Assembly (NCBI GenBank): GCA_021799495.1
Contig: JAJZAI010000014.1
Location: 8-64,007, forward strand
Source: Deltaproteobacteria bacterium
Lineage (GTDB): Bacteria > Desulfobacterota > Binatia > Binatales > Binataceae
Direction of reading: 5' to 3'
Length of the DNA stretch: 64,000 bases
Shown: in pieces, positions 9,857 through 18,600 of the stretch
How the letters are laid out: each line of letters opens with the position of its first letter
Numbering within the stretch: position 1 is the stretch's first letter
Position numbers and translations under genes: made by a program
Notes under the pieces: model-generated
Database searches by the model: none
The model's input: the letters and a program-made list of their open reading frames with translations, nothing else
Told to the model about the DNA's origin: nothing

Positions 9857-9889
9857 ACGAAGGCCCGCATCCGCGGGCCTTCGTTTTTT
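9857..9889 (+). terminator. Rho-independent terminator after the ADH gene
   Basis: ACGAAGGCCCGC-ATCC-GCGGGCCTTCGT is a perfect 12-bp GC-rich stem. It is followed by TTTTT and begins 25 nt after the stop codon. Confidence 0.85.
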
Positions 9890-9996
9890 CGCCGGACGGC
9901 GGTTTCCGGCGCTGCGGACGAAGCGCTAACCTGAGGCGCGAGCGGCGAGCGGATTGATCCGCTTCGCCCAATCGCAATCGGGAGAGGCGTTTTGGA

Positions 9997-10980
9997 ATGA
10001 AAGCGATCGTATTTGACCGGCCCGGCGACGAATCAGTCCTGAAGCTTGGCGATGCGCCTGATCCCGTTCCCGGACCCTCCGATTTGCTGATTCGCGTCAG
10101 CCATGCCGCACTGAACCGGGCGGATCTGATGCAGCGGCAGGGGCTCTATCCGCCGCCGCCGGGCGCTTCGCCGATTCTCGGCCTCGAATGCGCCGGAACG
10201 GTCGCCGCCGTCGGCGGCGCCGTCGCCGGATGGCGGGTCGGCGAGCGCGCGATGGCGCTGTTGCCGGGCGGCGGTTACGCCGAACTGGCCGCGGTCGATC
10301 ACGGCTCGGCGATGCATGTTCCGGACGCGCTCAGCGACGCCGAAGCGGCCGCGCTGCCCGAAGTCTTTCTCACCGCATACCTGAATCTCTTCATGCTGGG
10401 CGGCGTCAAGCGCGGCGATTCCGTGCTGATTCATGGCGGCGGCAGCGGCGTCGGCACCGCTTCGATTCAATTGCTCAAACTCGCCGGCGCGCGCTCGATC
10501 GTGACCGCCGGTTCCGACGAAAAATGCGAACAGTGCCTGCGCTTCGGCGCCGATGTCGCGATCAACTACAAATCCGGCCCGTTCGCGCCCAAAGTTCGCG
10601 CCGCCGCCAACGATCGCGGCGTGGAAATCGTGCTCGACAGTATCGGCGGCGCTTATCTCGCACAGAACCTCGATGCGCTCGCGAACGGCGGCCGGCTCGT
10701 CATGATCGGCCTGATGCGCGGCGCCAGGGCCGAAATCGATCTTGGGCAGGTTTTGCGCCGCCACCTGCATCTGCTCGGATCGACGTTGCGCTCCCGTCCG
10801 GCCGCGGAAAAAGCCGAAATCGTGCAGGCGTTTCTCGCGCGGTTCGGCAGTGAGCTTGAGGCGGGCAGGCTGCGTCCTCCACTCTATCGTACGATTCCGC
10901 TCGCCGACGCCGGCATCGGGCACAAAATGATGCAATCGAGCGAACATTTCGGCAAAATCGTTCTGCAAGTCGCATCTTGA
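9997..10980 (+). CDS. NAD(P)H:quinone oxidoreductase (zeta-crystallin/PIG3-type MDR)
   Basis: 327-aa ORF with N-terminus MKAIVFDRPGDESVLKLGD..., then LNRADLMQRQGLYPPPPGASPILGLECAG and VLIHGGGSGVGTASIQL. Confidence 0.9.
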   Translation: MKAIVFDRPGDESVLKLGDAPDPVPGPSDLLIRVSHAALNRADLMQRQGLYPPPPGASPILGLECAGTVAAVGGAVAGWRVGERAMALLPGGGYAELAAVDHGSAMHVPDALSDAEAAALPEVFLTAYLNLFMLGGVKRGDSVLIHGGGSGVGTASIQLLKLAGARSIVTAGSDEKCEQCLRFGADVAINYKSGPFAPKVRAAANDRGVEIVLDSIGGAYLAQNLDALANGGRLVMIGLMRGARAEIDLGQVLRRHLHLLGSTLRSRPAAEKAEIVQAFLARFGSELEAGRLRPPLYRTIPLADAGIGHKMMQSSEHFGKIVLQVAS

Positions 10981-11117
10981 CGCTATTTTCCACCATACGG
11001 GATTAGTTGCGAAACATTGATTACCTGTCTGGTTTAAGGCAGCTTTAGAGCGTAAATAACTGTAAGAGCGGGGGCCGTCGTCCGGGTTTTCGGACGGCGT
11101 TACAGGATGGTGCCAGC

Positions 11118-12980
11118 GTGAAGGCGCGACGACTGCCGGCGATGCCGTGGGGCCTGATGGCCGAAATCACGATGCTATTCGCGGTCGGGTGGTGGATCGA
11201 GGATTGCCTGGTCTATTACGTGGCGTGGCGCGATTTCGCCTTTTTCGGCGATATTTCCAGGCTGATGGCCCGCACGCATCTGGACGCCGCCGCCGCGTCG
11301 GTTGGCGCGGCCGTGGCTGCGGTTTATACGCGGGCCGGGGCTATTATTGCGGAACCCGCAGCGCTCCCCTCGATCGCGATTCACAAAGGTTACGACTTCC
11401 TCTCGCCCGGTATAAAGAGCCGCGCGCCGATGCGGTTTATCGTATGGTGCGCCAGTGCGATCGCGGCGACCTTCAACGCTGAATCCGCGGGCGTTCTGGG
11501 GCGCGGCCTGGCCGGGCTGATGGTGGTCGCCGCGCGTGCGTTGGTCGCGCTCAACCTCGGGTTCTGGCTCGCCAACACCGTCCGCATTCTCAATGATGCC
11601 CTGATGGCGACGGTTTCCTTCCCGAAGCGGTTTTACGGCGAGTCCGCGCCCGAGGAGATCTCGGCTCTGACGGTGGAGACCACCGTGCCGATCGACGAGG
11701 TCGAGCCGGTCTATGCGCACGGCAAACGCAACGGCCGCGCGCGGCGGCGCGAATACGTCCAGTTCTTCCAGGGACATGTCGAGCGGATCGGCATCGTGCT
11801 CGGCGGCGGCGGCGCGCGCGGCGCATATCAGGCGGGCGCACTCAAGGCGATTCATGAATTTCTCCGCGATTACAATGCGCTGCACAAAGTGAGAGTGGTG
11901 GCGGGCTCGTCGATCGGCGCATGGAACGGGATGTTCTGGGTGGGAGGAAAAGTCGGCGCGGAAAAGACTGGCGACGGCGATTGGGAGGTGCCGTTGATCG
12001 AACAATGGTGGAAATCGGTCCGGCTTCCCGATCTTGGTGACCTGCCGTGGCTATATGTGCCGCTGGTAAGCAAGGCGTTGCTGCGGCCGCGGCCATGGCG
12101 CGAAAATTTTTTCGCCAATTTTGAAACCGCGCTGGCCGACGCGCTCGGCGATCAGCCGCGGATTCATTTCTATCTGGCGCGCGCCAACGCCGAATCGGGC
12201 GCCTTGCATTACGCCACCAACTGGCGCGGCGTGACCGAACGCATCGCCGAACTGCCCCGCGATCGGCAGGCCGAATACGCCAACTGCGAAATTTTGACCT
12301 CCGGCGAAGGCGATCCCCTGCAGCGCACGGCGGATGCGCTGTTCGGCACTTTCGACCTTGCGCCATTGTTCGCGCGCGCGGGCGGGCAGGGCTCCGATGG
12401 CGAAGATTTGCTCGAACGGATGCCGCTCGGGCTTGCCGCCGAACTGGAAGCCTGCGACCTGTTGTTCGTGCTGCCCTTGAATTGCGGCGCGAACGTCGCG
12501 GCGGAGTGGGGCGTCGGCGGGTCGCGCCATTTCGCGCGCATCCTCGGCGCGCACAAGGCGGCGATCGAGCGCGCGCAACTGCGCGAAATCGATGCGGCGA
12601 ACCAGTTCGTGCAGCGCATCGAGCGCGTCGATTTCGGCGTCAAGACCATGGTCGCCGCGGCGCCGCCCGAAGGAGTCGCCGCCGAGGCGCTCAGCGGCCT
12701 GCAAGAGGAAATCGCGGAGTTCAATTACGAAAACCGGATGCGCTACGTCTTTACCGTGGCGCCCGCCGGCCGGGTCGAGCTTGGCGCGGGCGATTTCTGG
12801 AAACACGACCAGCTCCGCGACGCCTTCGATTTGATGTATCTGCAGACCAAGCGCGAACTCTACAATCGCTTCTTCGAAGATATCGAACCGGAAGATCCGC
12901 AGATCGTGATGGTCGATGGAGCGGTGCCCGAATTCGACGCGCTGCCGAAGCCCGTTTATCGCCGTCCCTCGGAACTGTGA
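11118..12980 (+). CDS. Patatin-like phospholipase with N-terminal multi-pass membrane region
   Basis: 620-aa ORF. The first ~170 aa are hydrophobic segments. An oxyanion-hole motif GIVLGGGGARGAYQAG and a nucleophile elbow GSSIG follow. The Asp motif is atypical (GSDGEDL). The C-terminal ~170 aa is helical with no motif I recognise. GTG start uncertain. Confidence 0.8.
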   Translation: MKARRLPAMPWGLMAEITMLFAVGWWIEDCLVYYVAWRDFAFFGDISRLMARTHLDAAAASVGAAVAAVYTRAGAIIAEPAALPSIAIHKGYDFLSPGIKSRAPMRFIVWCASAIAATFNAESAGVLGRGLAGLMVVAARALVALNLGFWLANTVRILNDALMATVSFPKRFYGESAPEEISALTVETTVPIDEVEPVYAHGKRNGRARRREYVQFFQGHVERIGIVLGGGGARGAYQAGALKAIHEFLRDYNALHKVRVVAGSSIGAWNGMFWVGGKVGAEKTGDGDWEVPLIEQWWKSVRLPDLGDLPWLYVPLVSKALLRPRPWRENFFANFETALADALGDQPRIHFYLARANAESGALHYATNWRGVTERIAELPRDRQAEYANCEILTSGEGDPLQRTADALFGTFDLAPLFARAGGQGSDGEDLLERMPLGLAAELEACDLLFVLPLNCGANVAAEWGVGGSRHFARILGAHKAAIERAQLREIDAANQFVQRIERVDFGVKTMVAAAPPEGVAAEALSGLQEEIAEFNYENRMRYVFTVAPAGRVELGAGDFWKHDQLRDAFDLMYLQTKRELYNRFFEDIEPEDPQIVMVDGAVPEFDALPKPVYRRPSEL

Positions 12981-13108
12981 TGCGATCGGCGCACGGACGG
13001 CCGCGCCCGCTTAATCTGACCGGTCCCCCGATGATATTCTGGCGCGATGCCGTGCGCGGCGCGTGCGCATCATGATCGCCCGCGCGCCATTCCGACCGGC
13101 CCGCATCG

Positions 13109-14149
13109 ATGCGTCTAAGCGAACTCGATTACGATTTGCCGGCCGAACTGATCGCTCAGGAGCCGATTCCGAACCGCGCCGACGCGCGCCTGCTGGCGCT
13201 TGACTCGCGCACCGGCGCGATCGTTCATTCGCGGTTTTACAAGCTCGCGCGCCATCTGCGCGAAGGCGACCTGCTCGTGCTGAACAATACGCGCGTGTTC
13301 CCCGCGCGCCTGCACGCGCGCAAGGAATCGGGCGGCGCGGTCGAGCTTTTGATGGTGCGCGCGGCGGCGGAGCCTTCCGGCGCATGGCTCGCTCTGGCCA
13401 AAGCTCATCGCGCGCCTCGCGAAGGCACGCGCCTGACCCTGCGGAACGGGCGTATCTTGCAGGTCGCTGGAAATTTGCGCAACGGACGCCTGCTCGTCGT
13501 CGCCGAAGATGGCGCACCGATGCGGCAGGTCCTCTACGAGGCGGGCGAGCCCGCGCTGCCGCACTATATCCGCCGCCCGCCGACGCCCGCCGACTTGGAG
13601 GAATATCAAACGATCTATGCGGATCCGGTCGGCGCCGTCGCGGCGCCGACCGCCGGGCTTCATTTCACCAGCGAATTGCTCGACGAACTCGCCGCCGCCG
13701 GCATCCGCAATACCCGCCTTACCCTGCATATCGGACCGGGCACCTTCGCCCCGATTCGCTCCGGCGAGGTCGAAGGCCATACGATGGAAGCGGAATGGTT
13801 CACGATTCCGGCCGCGGCCGCCGCCGCGATCGAATCCGCGCGGAGACTGGGCGGCAGAATTATCGCGGTCGGAACCTCGAGCGTGCGCGCGCTGGAGTCG
13901 TGGGCGATCACGGGCGATAGCGAAGGATTTACCGGATTGTTCATATATCCCGGCTTCCGTTTCAAGCTCGTGGACGGGATGATCACCAACTTCCACATGC
14001 CGCGCAGCACCGTGCTGGCGCTGGTGATGGCGCTGGCCGGCCGGGACCATCTGCTCGCGGCGTATCGCGACGCCATACGCCATCGCTACCGCTTCCTGAG
14101 TTATGGCGATGCGATGTTGATCGCGCCGGGCGCCGCGGGCGCGCGTTAG
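13109..14149 (+). CDS. queA: S-adenosylmethionine:tRNA ribosyltransferase-isomerase
   Basis: 346-aa ORF with MRLSELDYDLPAELIAQEP..., TAGLHFT and the GDAMLI C-terminus typical of QueA. It lies next to tgt. Confidence 0.95.
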   Translation: MRLSELDYDLPAELIAQEPIPNRADARLLALDSRTGAIVHSRFYKLARHLREGDLLVLNNTRVFPARLHARKESGGAVELLMVRAAAEPSGAWLALAKAHRAPREGTRLTLRNGRILQVAGNLRNGRLLVVAEDGAPMRQVLYEAGEPALPHYIRRPPTPADLEEYQTIYADPVGAVAAPTAGLHFTSELLDELAAAGIRNTRLTLHIGPGTFAPIRSGEVEGHTMEAEWFTIPAAAAAAIESARRLGGRIIAVGTSSVRALESWAITGDSEGFTGLFIYPGFRFKLVDGMITNFHMPRSTVLALVMALAGRDHLLAAYRDAIRHRYRFLSYGDAMLIAPGAAGAR

Positions 14150-14170
14150 GCGCTTTGTAATCAGCGTATC

Positions 14171-15322
14171 GTGACGAACGTGGCCGAATCGCATTTCCGC
14201 TTCGAGGTCCAGGCCGCCGACGGCGCCGCGCGGATGGGCCGTCTGATCACGCCGCATGGCGACGTGCCGACGCCGGTTTTCATGCCGGTGGGAACGCGCG
14301 CGGCGGTCAAGGCGATGGCGCCCGACGAAGTGTGGTCGATGGGCTACCGGATGGTGCTGGCCAACACCTATCATCTGGCGGTTCGGCCGGGCGCGGAATT
14401 AGTGCGCGATTTTGGCGGAATCGCTCGTTTCATGGGCTTCCGCGGCGCGGTGCTGACCGACTCCGGCGGATTTCAGGCGATGAGCCTCGCGCGCATCAAT
14501 TCGATCGGCGCCGACGGCATCCGCTTCCGGTCGCATCTGGACGGCGCGCCGCTGACGCTGACGCCCGAGAGCGCGGTCGAAATCCAGCAGGCGCTCGGCG
14601 CCGACATCATGATGGCGCTGGACGAATGCACGCCGTATCCCGCCGACCATCGGCGCGCCCGCGAATCGCTCGAACTGACCGCGCGATGGGCCGAGCGGTG
14701 CCTGCGCGCGCGCACCAGCGAGGCGCAGGCGTTGTTCGGAATCGTTCAGGGCGGCATTTACCCGGATTTAAGACGCGACAGCGCGCGCCAGATTACCGCG
14801 CTTGCGTTCGACGGCTACGCCGTCGGCGGGCTTTCGGTCGGCGAGCCGAAACCCGCGATGCGCGAGATGGCCGCGCTCGGAGCGTCGCTGCTGCCGGCGG
14901 ACCGGCCGCGGTACCTGATGGGCGTCGGCACACCGCTGGACCTGCTGGCGGCGATCGGGATGGGCTTCGACATGTTCGATTGCGTCTTGCCTACCCGGAA
15001 TGCACGCAACGGCTCGGCCTTCACCAGCGAAGGGCGCGTGTCGATCAAACAGGCCGCGCACGCGCGGGACGAGCGTCCGCTTGATCCGCGTTGCGATTGC
15101 CGCTGCTGCACGACCTTTTCGCGCGCGTACTTGCGTCATCTGTTCATGGCCGGCGAAATACTGGCGGCGCGCGCGCTAACGGAGCACAATCTGTATTTCT
15201 ATGGTCGCTTGATGCGCGAAGCCCAAGCTGCTATCGCATCACGGGCCTACAACGCATTCGCCCGTTACGCGACAGATCTGATCGAAACGGGCGAAACCGC
15301 AAGGAACGGGAAAACGAACTGA
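14171..15322 (+). CDS. tgt: tRNA-guanine(34) transglycosylase
   Basis: 383-aa ORF with FMPVGT, LANTYHL, DSGGFQ, and the zinc motif CDCxCC...H. Confidence 0.95.
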   Translation: MTNVAESHFRFEVQAADGAARMGRLITPHGDVPTPVFMPVGTRAAVKAMAPDEVWSMGYRMVLANTYHLAVRPGAELVRDFGGIARFMGFRGAVLTDSGGFQAMSLARINSIGADGIRFRSHLDGAPLTLTPESAVEIQQALGADIMMALDECTPYPADHRRARESLELTARWAERCLRARTSEAQALFGIVQGGIYPDLRRDSARQITALAFDGYAVGGLSVGEPKPAMREMAALGASLLPADRPRYLMGVGTPLDLLAAIGMGFDMFDCVLPTRNARNGSAFTSEGRVSIKQAAHARDERPLDPRCDCRCCTTFSRAYLRHLFMAGEILAARALTEHNLYFYGRLMREAQAAIASRAYNAFARYATDLIETGETARNGKTN

Positions 15323-15687
15323 TGTTCTTCGAGGGAACCGCGTGGGCCGATGCGGCCGCGCACGCCGCCGCGCCGCCGGGCGGAATATTCGATCAGTTAC
15401 TGACCAATCCGGTGGTCCCGCTGGTGCTGGTGATCGCGGTATTTTATTTCGTGATACTGCGGCCGCAAACCCAGCGGGCGAATGAACATCAAAAGATGAT
15501 CAAGGGCCTTAAACGCAACGACGAAGTCGTTACGACCGGCGGACTGATCGGCCGAATCCACGAGCTTTCAGACAATCTGGTCACGCTCGAAATCGCGCCG
15601 AACGTCAGGGTCCGGGTCGAACGCAGCCAGATCGGCTCGATTTCGAGTTACGGCAAGGCGCAACCGAAAAAAGAGAAGTCGGACTAA
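15322..15687 (+). CDS. yajC: Preprotein translocase subunit YajC
   Basis: Internal ATG of ORF 15091..15687, overlapping the tgt stop (TGATG). It has a single TM segment (VPLVLVIAVFYFVILRPQ) and then a YajC motif (VVTTGGLIGRI). Confidence 0.9.
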   Translation: MFFEGTAWADAAAHAAAPPGGIFDQLLTNPVVPLVLVIAVFYFVILRPQTQRANEHQKMIKGLKRNDEVVTTGGLIGRIHELSDNLVTLEIAPNVRVRVERSQIGSISSYGKAQPKKEKSD

Positions 15688-15738
15688 AGCGCGCCACGTT
15701 CGCGCATCATCCGGCGGAAAAGAACTACAGAGAGAATC

Positions 15739-17391
15739 GTGGAAGGCGCGAGTCAAAATCCGATTCCGATCGCGATCCTGCTGACGCTGGCGGTGATCTT
15801 CCTTTACCTGCATTTCACCAACGGCAGCGGCATGATGCGGCTGCTGCTGGCGGGCGTGCTGGCGTCGGCGGCGGCGGTCCTGCTGCTGCCGAGTTTCCGG
15901 CCCGATCTGCCGGATTTCATGGAAAATCTGCCTAAAATCCAGCTCGGGCTGGATCTTCAGGGCGGGACCCATCTGCTGCTCGAAGTGAAATTGCCGGCCG
16001 CGGTCAGCAACGCCCTGCGCCGGCGCGCGGACGATTTGAACCGGGCGTTGACTCAGAACAAGCTGGCGACCGGCATCGTTACGCAAAATCCCGACGGCTC
16101 CGTGACGTTCGCGCTCAAAAATTCCGACGAGCGTTCCGCCTTCCTCGATTTGACCGATAAATCCTTTCCCGACCTGGTGCTGTCCACTGTCAACTCGGGC
16201 GGAACGCCGGCGTTCAAGTTCGCGTTTCAACCGCGCGAGGAGATCCATATCAGCAACAACGCCATGGATCAGGCGCTCGAGACGATCCGCAACCGTATCG
16301 ACCAGCTTGGCGTGCGCGAAACCACGGTCGAACGCGAAGGCGACAACGATATTCTCGTGCAGCTTCCGGGCATCCAGGATCCCGAACGCGCCAAAGAGCT
16401 GATCGGACGCACGGCGGTGCTCGAATTCAAGCTGATCGACGACAAAAATCCGCTCGGCGACGCGTTGAAGAACGGTCCGCCGCCCGGCGACGAGATTCTG
16501 CACGGGCCGATTCAGGCCGGCGGCGCCGAATCGTACCTGGTCGAGTCCCCGGTGCTGATGACCGGCGATTCGGTCACCGACGCGCGGGTGCGGCCCGGCA
16601 GCAGCCTCGAAGGGCCGTACGTCGAGGTCCATCTGGACAGCCGCGGCGCCGAAACTTTCGGCTCGCTGACGGCGAACAATGTCGGACGGCGGCTGGCGAT
16701 TATCCTCGACAACACCGTCTATTCCGCGCCGGTGATCAAGGAGCCGATTCCGGGCGGCGACGTTCAAATCACGGGCAACTTCACCTTCGAGGAAGCGCAC
16801 GAACTGGCGATCGTGTTGCGCTCGGGCGCCTTGCCGGCGCCGGTCGAAATTATCGAGGAGCGCACCGTCGGTCCCTCGCTCGGACGCGATTCGATTCATC
16901 AGGGCGAGCTTTCGTTCATCGTCGGCGCCGCCGCGGTGCTGATTTTCATGGCGATCTACTATAGCGGCGCCGGATTGCTCGCGGATTTCGGCCTGACGCT
17001 CAACATTCTCCTGCTGGTCTGCGTGATGGCGGCGCTGCAAGCCACGCTGACGCTGCCCGGAATTGCGGGCATCGTGCTGACGCTGGGCATGTCGGTGGAC
17101 GCCAACGTCTTGGTGAACGAGCGGATGCGCGAGGAGTTGCGGGCGGGAAAATCCCCGCGCGAGGCGGTGAAGGTCGCCTACGAGCGGGCATGGTCGGCGA
17201 TTCGCGACTCGAATATCTCGACCTTTGTCGCCGGGCTGATCCTGTTTCAGTTCGGCACGGGGCCGGTCAAGGGATTCGCTGTGACGCTGTGCGTCGGAGT
17301 CGCGACGGGTATCTTCTCATGCTTTGTGGTGACGCGCGCGTGGTACGACTTCAAGATTCAGGCGCGCCGCTTGGCTAAAATAAGCGTCTAA
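15739..17391 (+). CDS. secD: Protein translocase subunit SecD (SecD only, not a SecDF fusion)
   Basis: 550-aa ORF with an N-terminal TM segment, a large periplasmic domain (LGLDLQGGTHLLLEV, LGVRETTVEREGDNDILVQLPG) and a C-terminal 5-TM block (GMSVDANVLVNERMREE). No secF follows. Confidence 0.93.
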   Translation: MEGASQNPIPIAILLTLAVIFLYLHFTNGSGMMRLLLAGVLASAAAVLLLPSFRPDLPDFMENLPKIQLGLDLQGGTHLLLEVKLPAAVSNALRRRADDLNRALTQNKLATGIVTQNPDGSVTFALKNSDERSAFLDLTDKSFPDLVLSTVNSGGTPAFKFAFQPREEIHISNNAMDQALETIRNRIDQLGVRETTVEREGDNDILVQLPGIQDPERAKELIGRTAVLEFKLIDDKNPLGDALKNGPPPGDEILHGPIQAGGAESYLVESPVLMTGDSVTDARVRPGSSLEGPYVEVHLDSRGAETFGSLTANNVGRRLAIILDNTVYSAPVIKEPIPGGDVQITGNFTFEEAHELAIVLRSGALPAPVEIIEERTVGPSLGRDSIHQGELSFIVGAAAVLIFMAIYYSGAGLLADFGLTLNILLLVCVMAALQATLTLPGIAGIVLTLGMSVDANVLVNERMREELRAGKSPREAVKVAYERAWSAIRDSNISTFVAGLILFQFGTGPVKGFAVTLCVGVATGIFSCFVVTRAWYDFKIQARRLAKISV

Positions 17392-17405
17392 AGCACTCTA
17401 TAAGA

Positions 17406-17443
17406 CTAAAAATTATCGAATGAGATAAATTATTAATTTTTAG
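17406..17443. repeat. AT-rich perfect 10-bp inverted repeat inside a ~50-nt patch of very low GC
   Basis: CTAAAAATTA (17406-17415) and TAATTTTTAG (17434-17443) are separated by 18 nt. Hand count of 17401-17440 gives 6/40 G+C, in a genome where coding lines are ~70%. It sits directly after the secD stop, where secF would be expected. Confidence 0.8.
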
Positions 17444-17590
17444 ACCGTCATGGAGGGACATAAGGCCGCCGGTGGAAAGTCATGCGGCGCGGCGATGGTC
17501 TTTGAGCGGTGGATTTGGCAGAATGCCTTGACTTCGCGCTACGGGACATATTAGAAAAACGCGCGTTCCCTACAGCATCCGAAACCTACG

Positions 17591-17788
17591 ATGATGGCCG
17601 ATAAGGACGATATCCTGCTCAATTCCCGTGAGGTCGCTTTCCTGCTTGACCTCAGCCCCGATACGGTCAACGAATTCGCGCGGCGCAATATCCTGCCCGC
17701 ATTCAAAAAAGGGCGGCAGTGGCGTTTTCGCAAGCGCGATATCGCCTCTTTCAAGCGCCATCTGCGCGGCGTCAACGTGGCGGCCTGA
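17591..17788 (+). CDS. Excisionase-family (MerR-superfamily, HTH_17-like) small DNA-binding protein
   Basis: 65-aa ORF with LLNSREVAFLLDLSPDTVNEFARRNILPAFKKGRQWRFRKRDIASF. This matches the helix-turn-helix plus W-R-F wing pattern of excisionase-type HTH domains. Confidence 0.7.
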   Translation: MMADKDDILLNSREVAFLLDLSPDTVNEFARRNILPAFKKGRQWRFRKRDIASFKRHLRGVNVAA

Positions 17789-17893
17789 GCCGGTCGGCGG
17801 GATGCGATTGGCGGAAGATGCCGCTCGACGGCGATCGCGGCATGAACTGGACGGCGCGTTTCACAGCAATCGCATCCGCGAGGTACGCTACTA

Positions 17894-18532
17894 ATGGCCG
17901 AGCCGCACGAGAGCCGCGTCTATTCCGATCTGGCTCATTTCTACGACAAGGTTTTCGGCCGCGCATTTGTCGATCATGAGCATGAGGTAATCGAGTCCCT
18001 GCCGTTCCGTCCCGGACAGCGGGCGCTGGAAGTGGGCGTCGGCACCGGAATTTCGCTCGACGCGTATCCGCCTTATCTGCGCATCGTAGGCATCGATCCG
18101 TCGGACAAGATGCTGGCGCAGGCGGTCGCCAAGACGAGCGAGAACAATTGGGGCCATATCGAGCTCAAGCATGGCGACGCGCAGCAGCTCGAATTTCCCG
18201 ACAACAGCTTCGACTGGGTGTTGAGCTTCCACGTGATGACTGTGGTGCCGGATCCGCGGCGGATGATGGCCGAGATGGTCCGGGTGTGCCGGCCGGGCGG
18301 CAAGATCGTCGTCATCAGCCATTTCGCGAGTCCGAATGCGCTGCTTTATCTATTCGGCCGCGTCATCAATCCTGTCACCAAGCTGCTGGGATGGACGACC
18401 CGCCTGCGCGCGCGCGACGTGCTCGAAGGGCAGCCTATCGAAGTCGAGCGCCATGATCGGTTCTCGGCGATATCCGTCCATTACTGCATCATTGCGCGCA
18501 AAGCGGAGATGGCCGCGCGGCGGGCGTCATAA
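17894..18532 (+). CDS. Class I SAM-dependent methyltransferase, PmtA-like (possible phospholipid N-methyltransferase)
   Basis: 212-aa ORF with SAM motif I (LEVGVGTGISL), motif post-I (VGIDPSDKML), DNSFDWV and CRPGGKIVV. Size and layout resemble Rhodobacter-type PmtA. The substrate is an inference. Confidence 0.7.
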   Translation: MAEPHESRVYSDLAHFYDKVFGRAFVDHEHEVIESLPFRPGQRALEVGVGTGISLDAYPPYLRIVGIDPSDKMLAQAVAKTSENNWGHIELKHGDAQQLEFPDNSFDWVLSFHVMTVVPDPRRMMAEMVRVCRPGGKIVVISHFASPNALLYLFGRVINPVTKLLGWTTRLRARDVLEGQPIEVERHDRFSAISVHYCIIARKAEMAARRAS

Positions 18533-18600
18533 CGCCTCGTGCGCCGGCAGGCCAAATCTCCAGCCGCGGTCCAAAACTTTTACGATTCTGGTTCAGTCGG

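Noticed and set aside
11118-12980. Patatin-like phospholipase considered as an effector of a CBASS- or other defence-type system.
   Set aside because: No cyclase/nucleotidyltransferase, SAVED, TIR, ATPase or other partner gene is adjacent. The neighbours are quinone oxidoreductase and queA, the composition is host-like, and the protein carries its own membrane anchor. It is more likely a lipid-metabolism or housekeeping lipase.
15568-17040. 490-aa minus-strand ORF. Similar long antisense ORFs occur at 7476..8540, 13115..14374, 33013..34383, 35663..37264 and 45429..46796.
   Set aside because: These are shadow ORFs antisense to clearly recognisable genes (secD, LLM, queA, CoA-transferase, acyl-CoA ligase, sucCD). 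Their translations are Arg/Ala/Gly/Asp-rich with no motifs. Long stop-free antisense frames are typical of ~70% GC DNA.
17591-17788. Excisionase-family HTH gene considered as the marker of a prophage or integrative element.
   Set aside because: There is no integrase, no tRNA target, no flanking direct repeats, and no phage or conjugation genes within 10 kb on either side. It is kept only as part of the secD/secF breakpoint observation.
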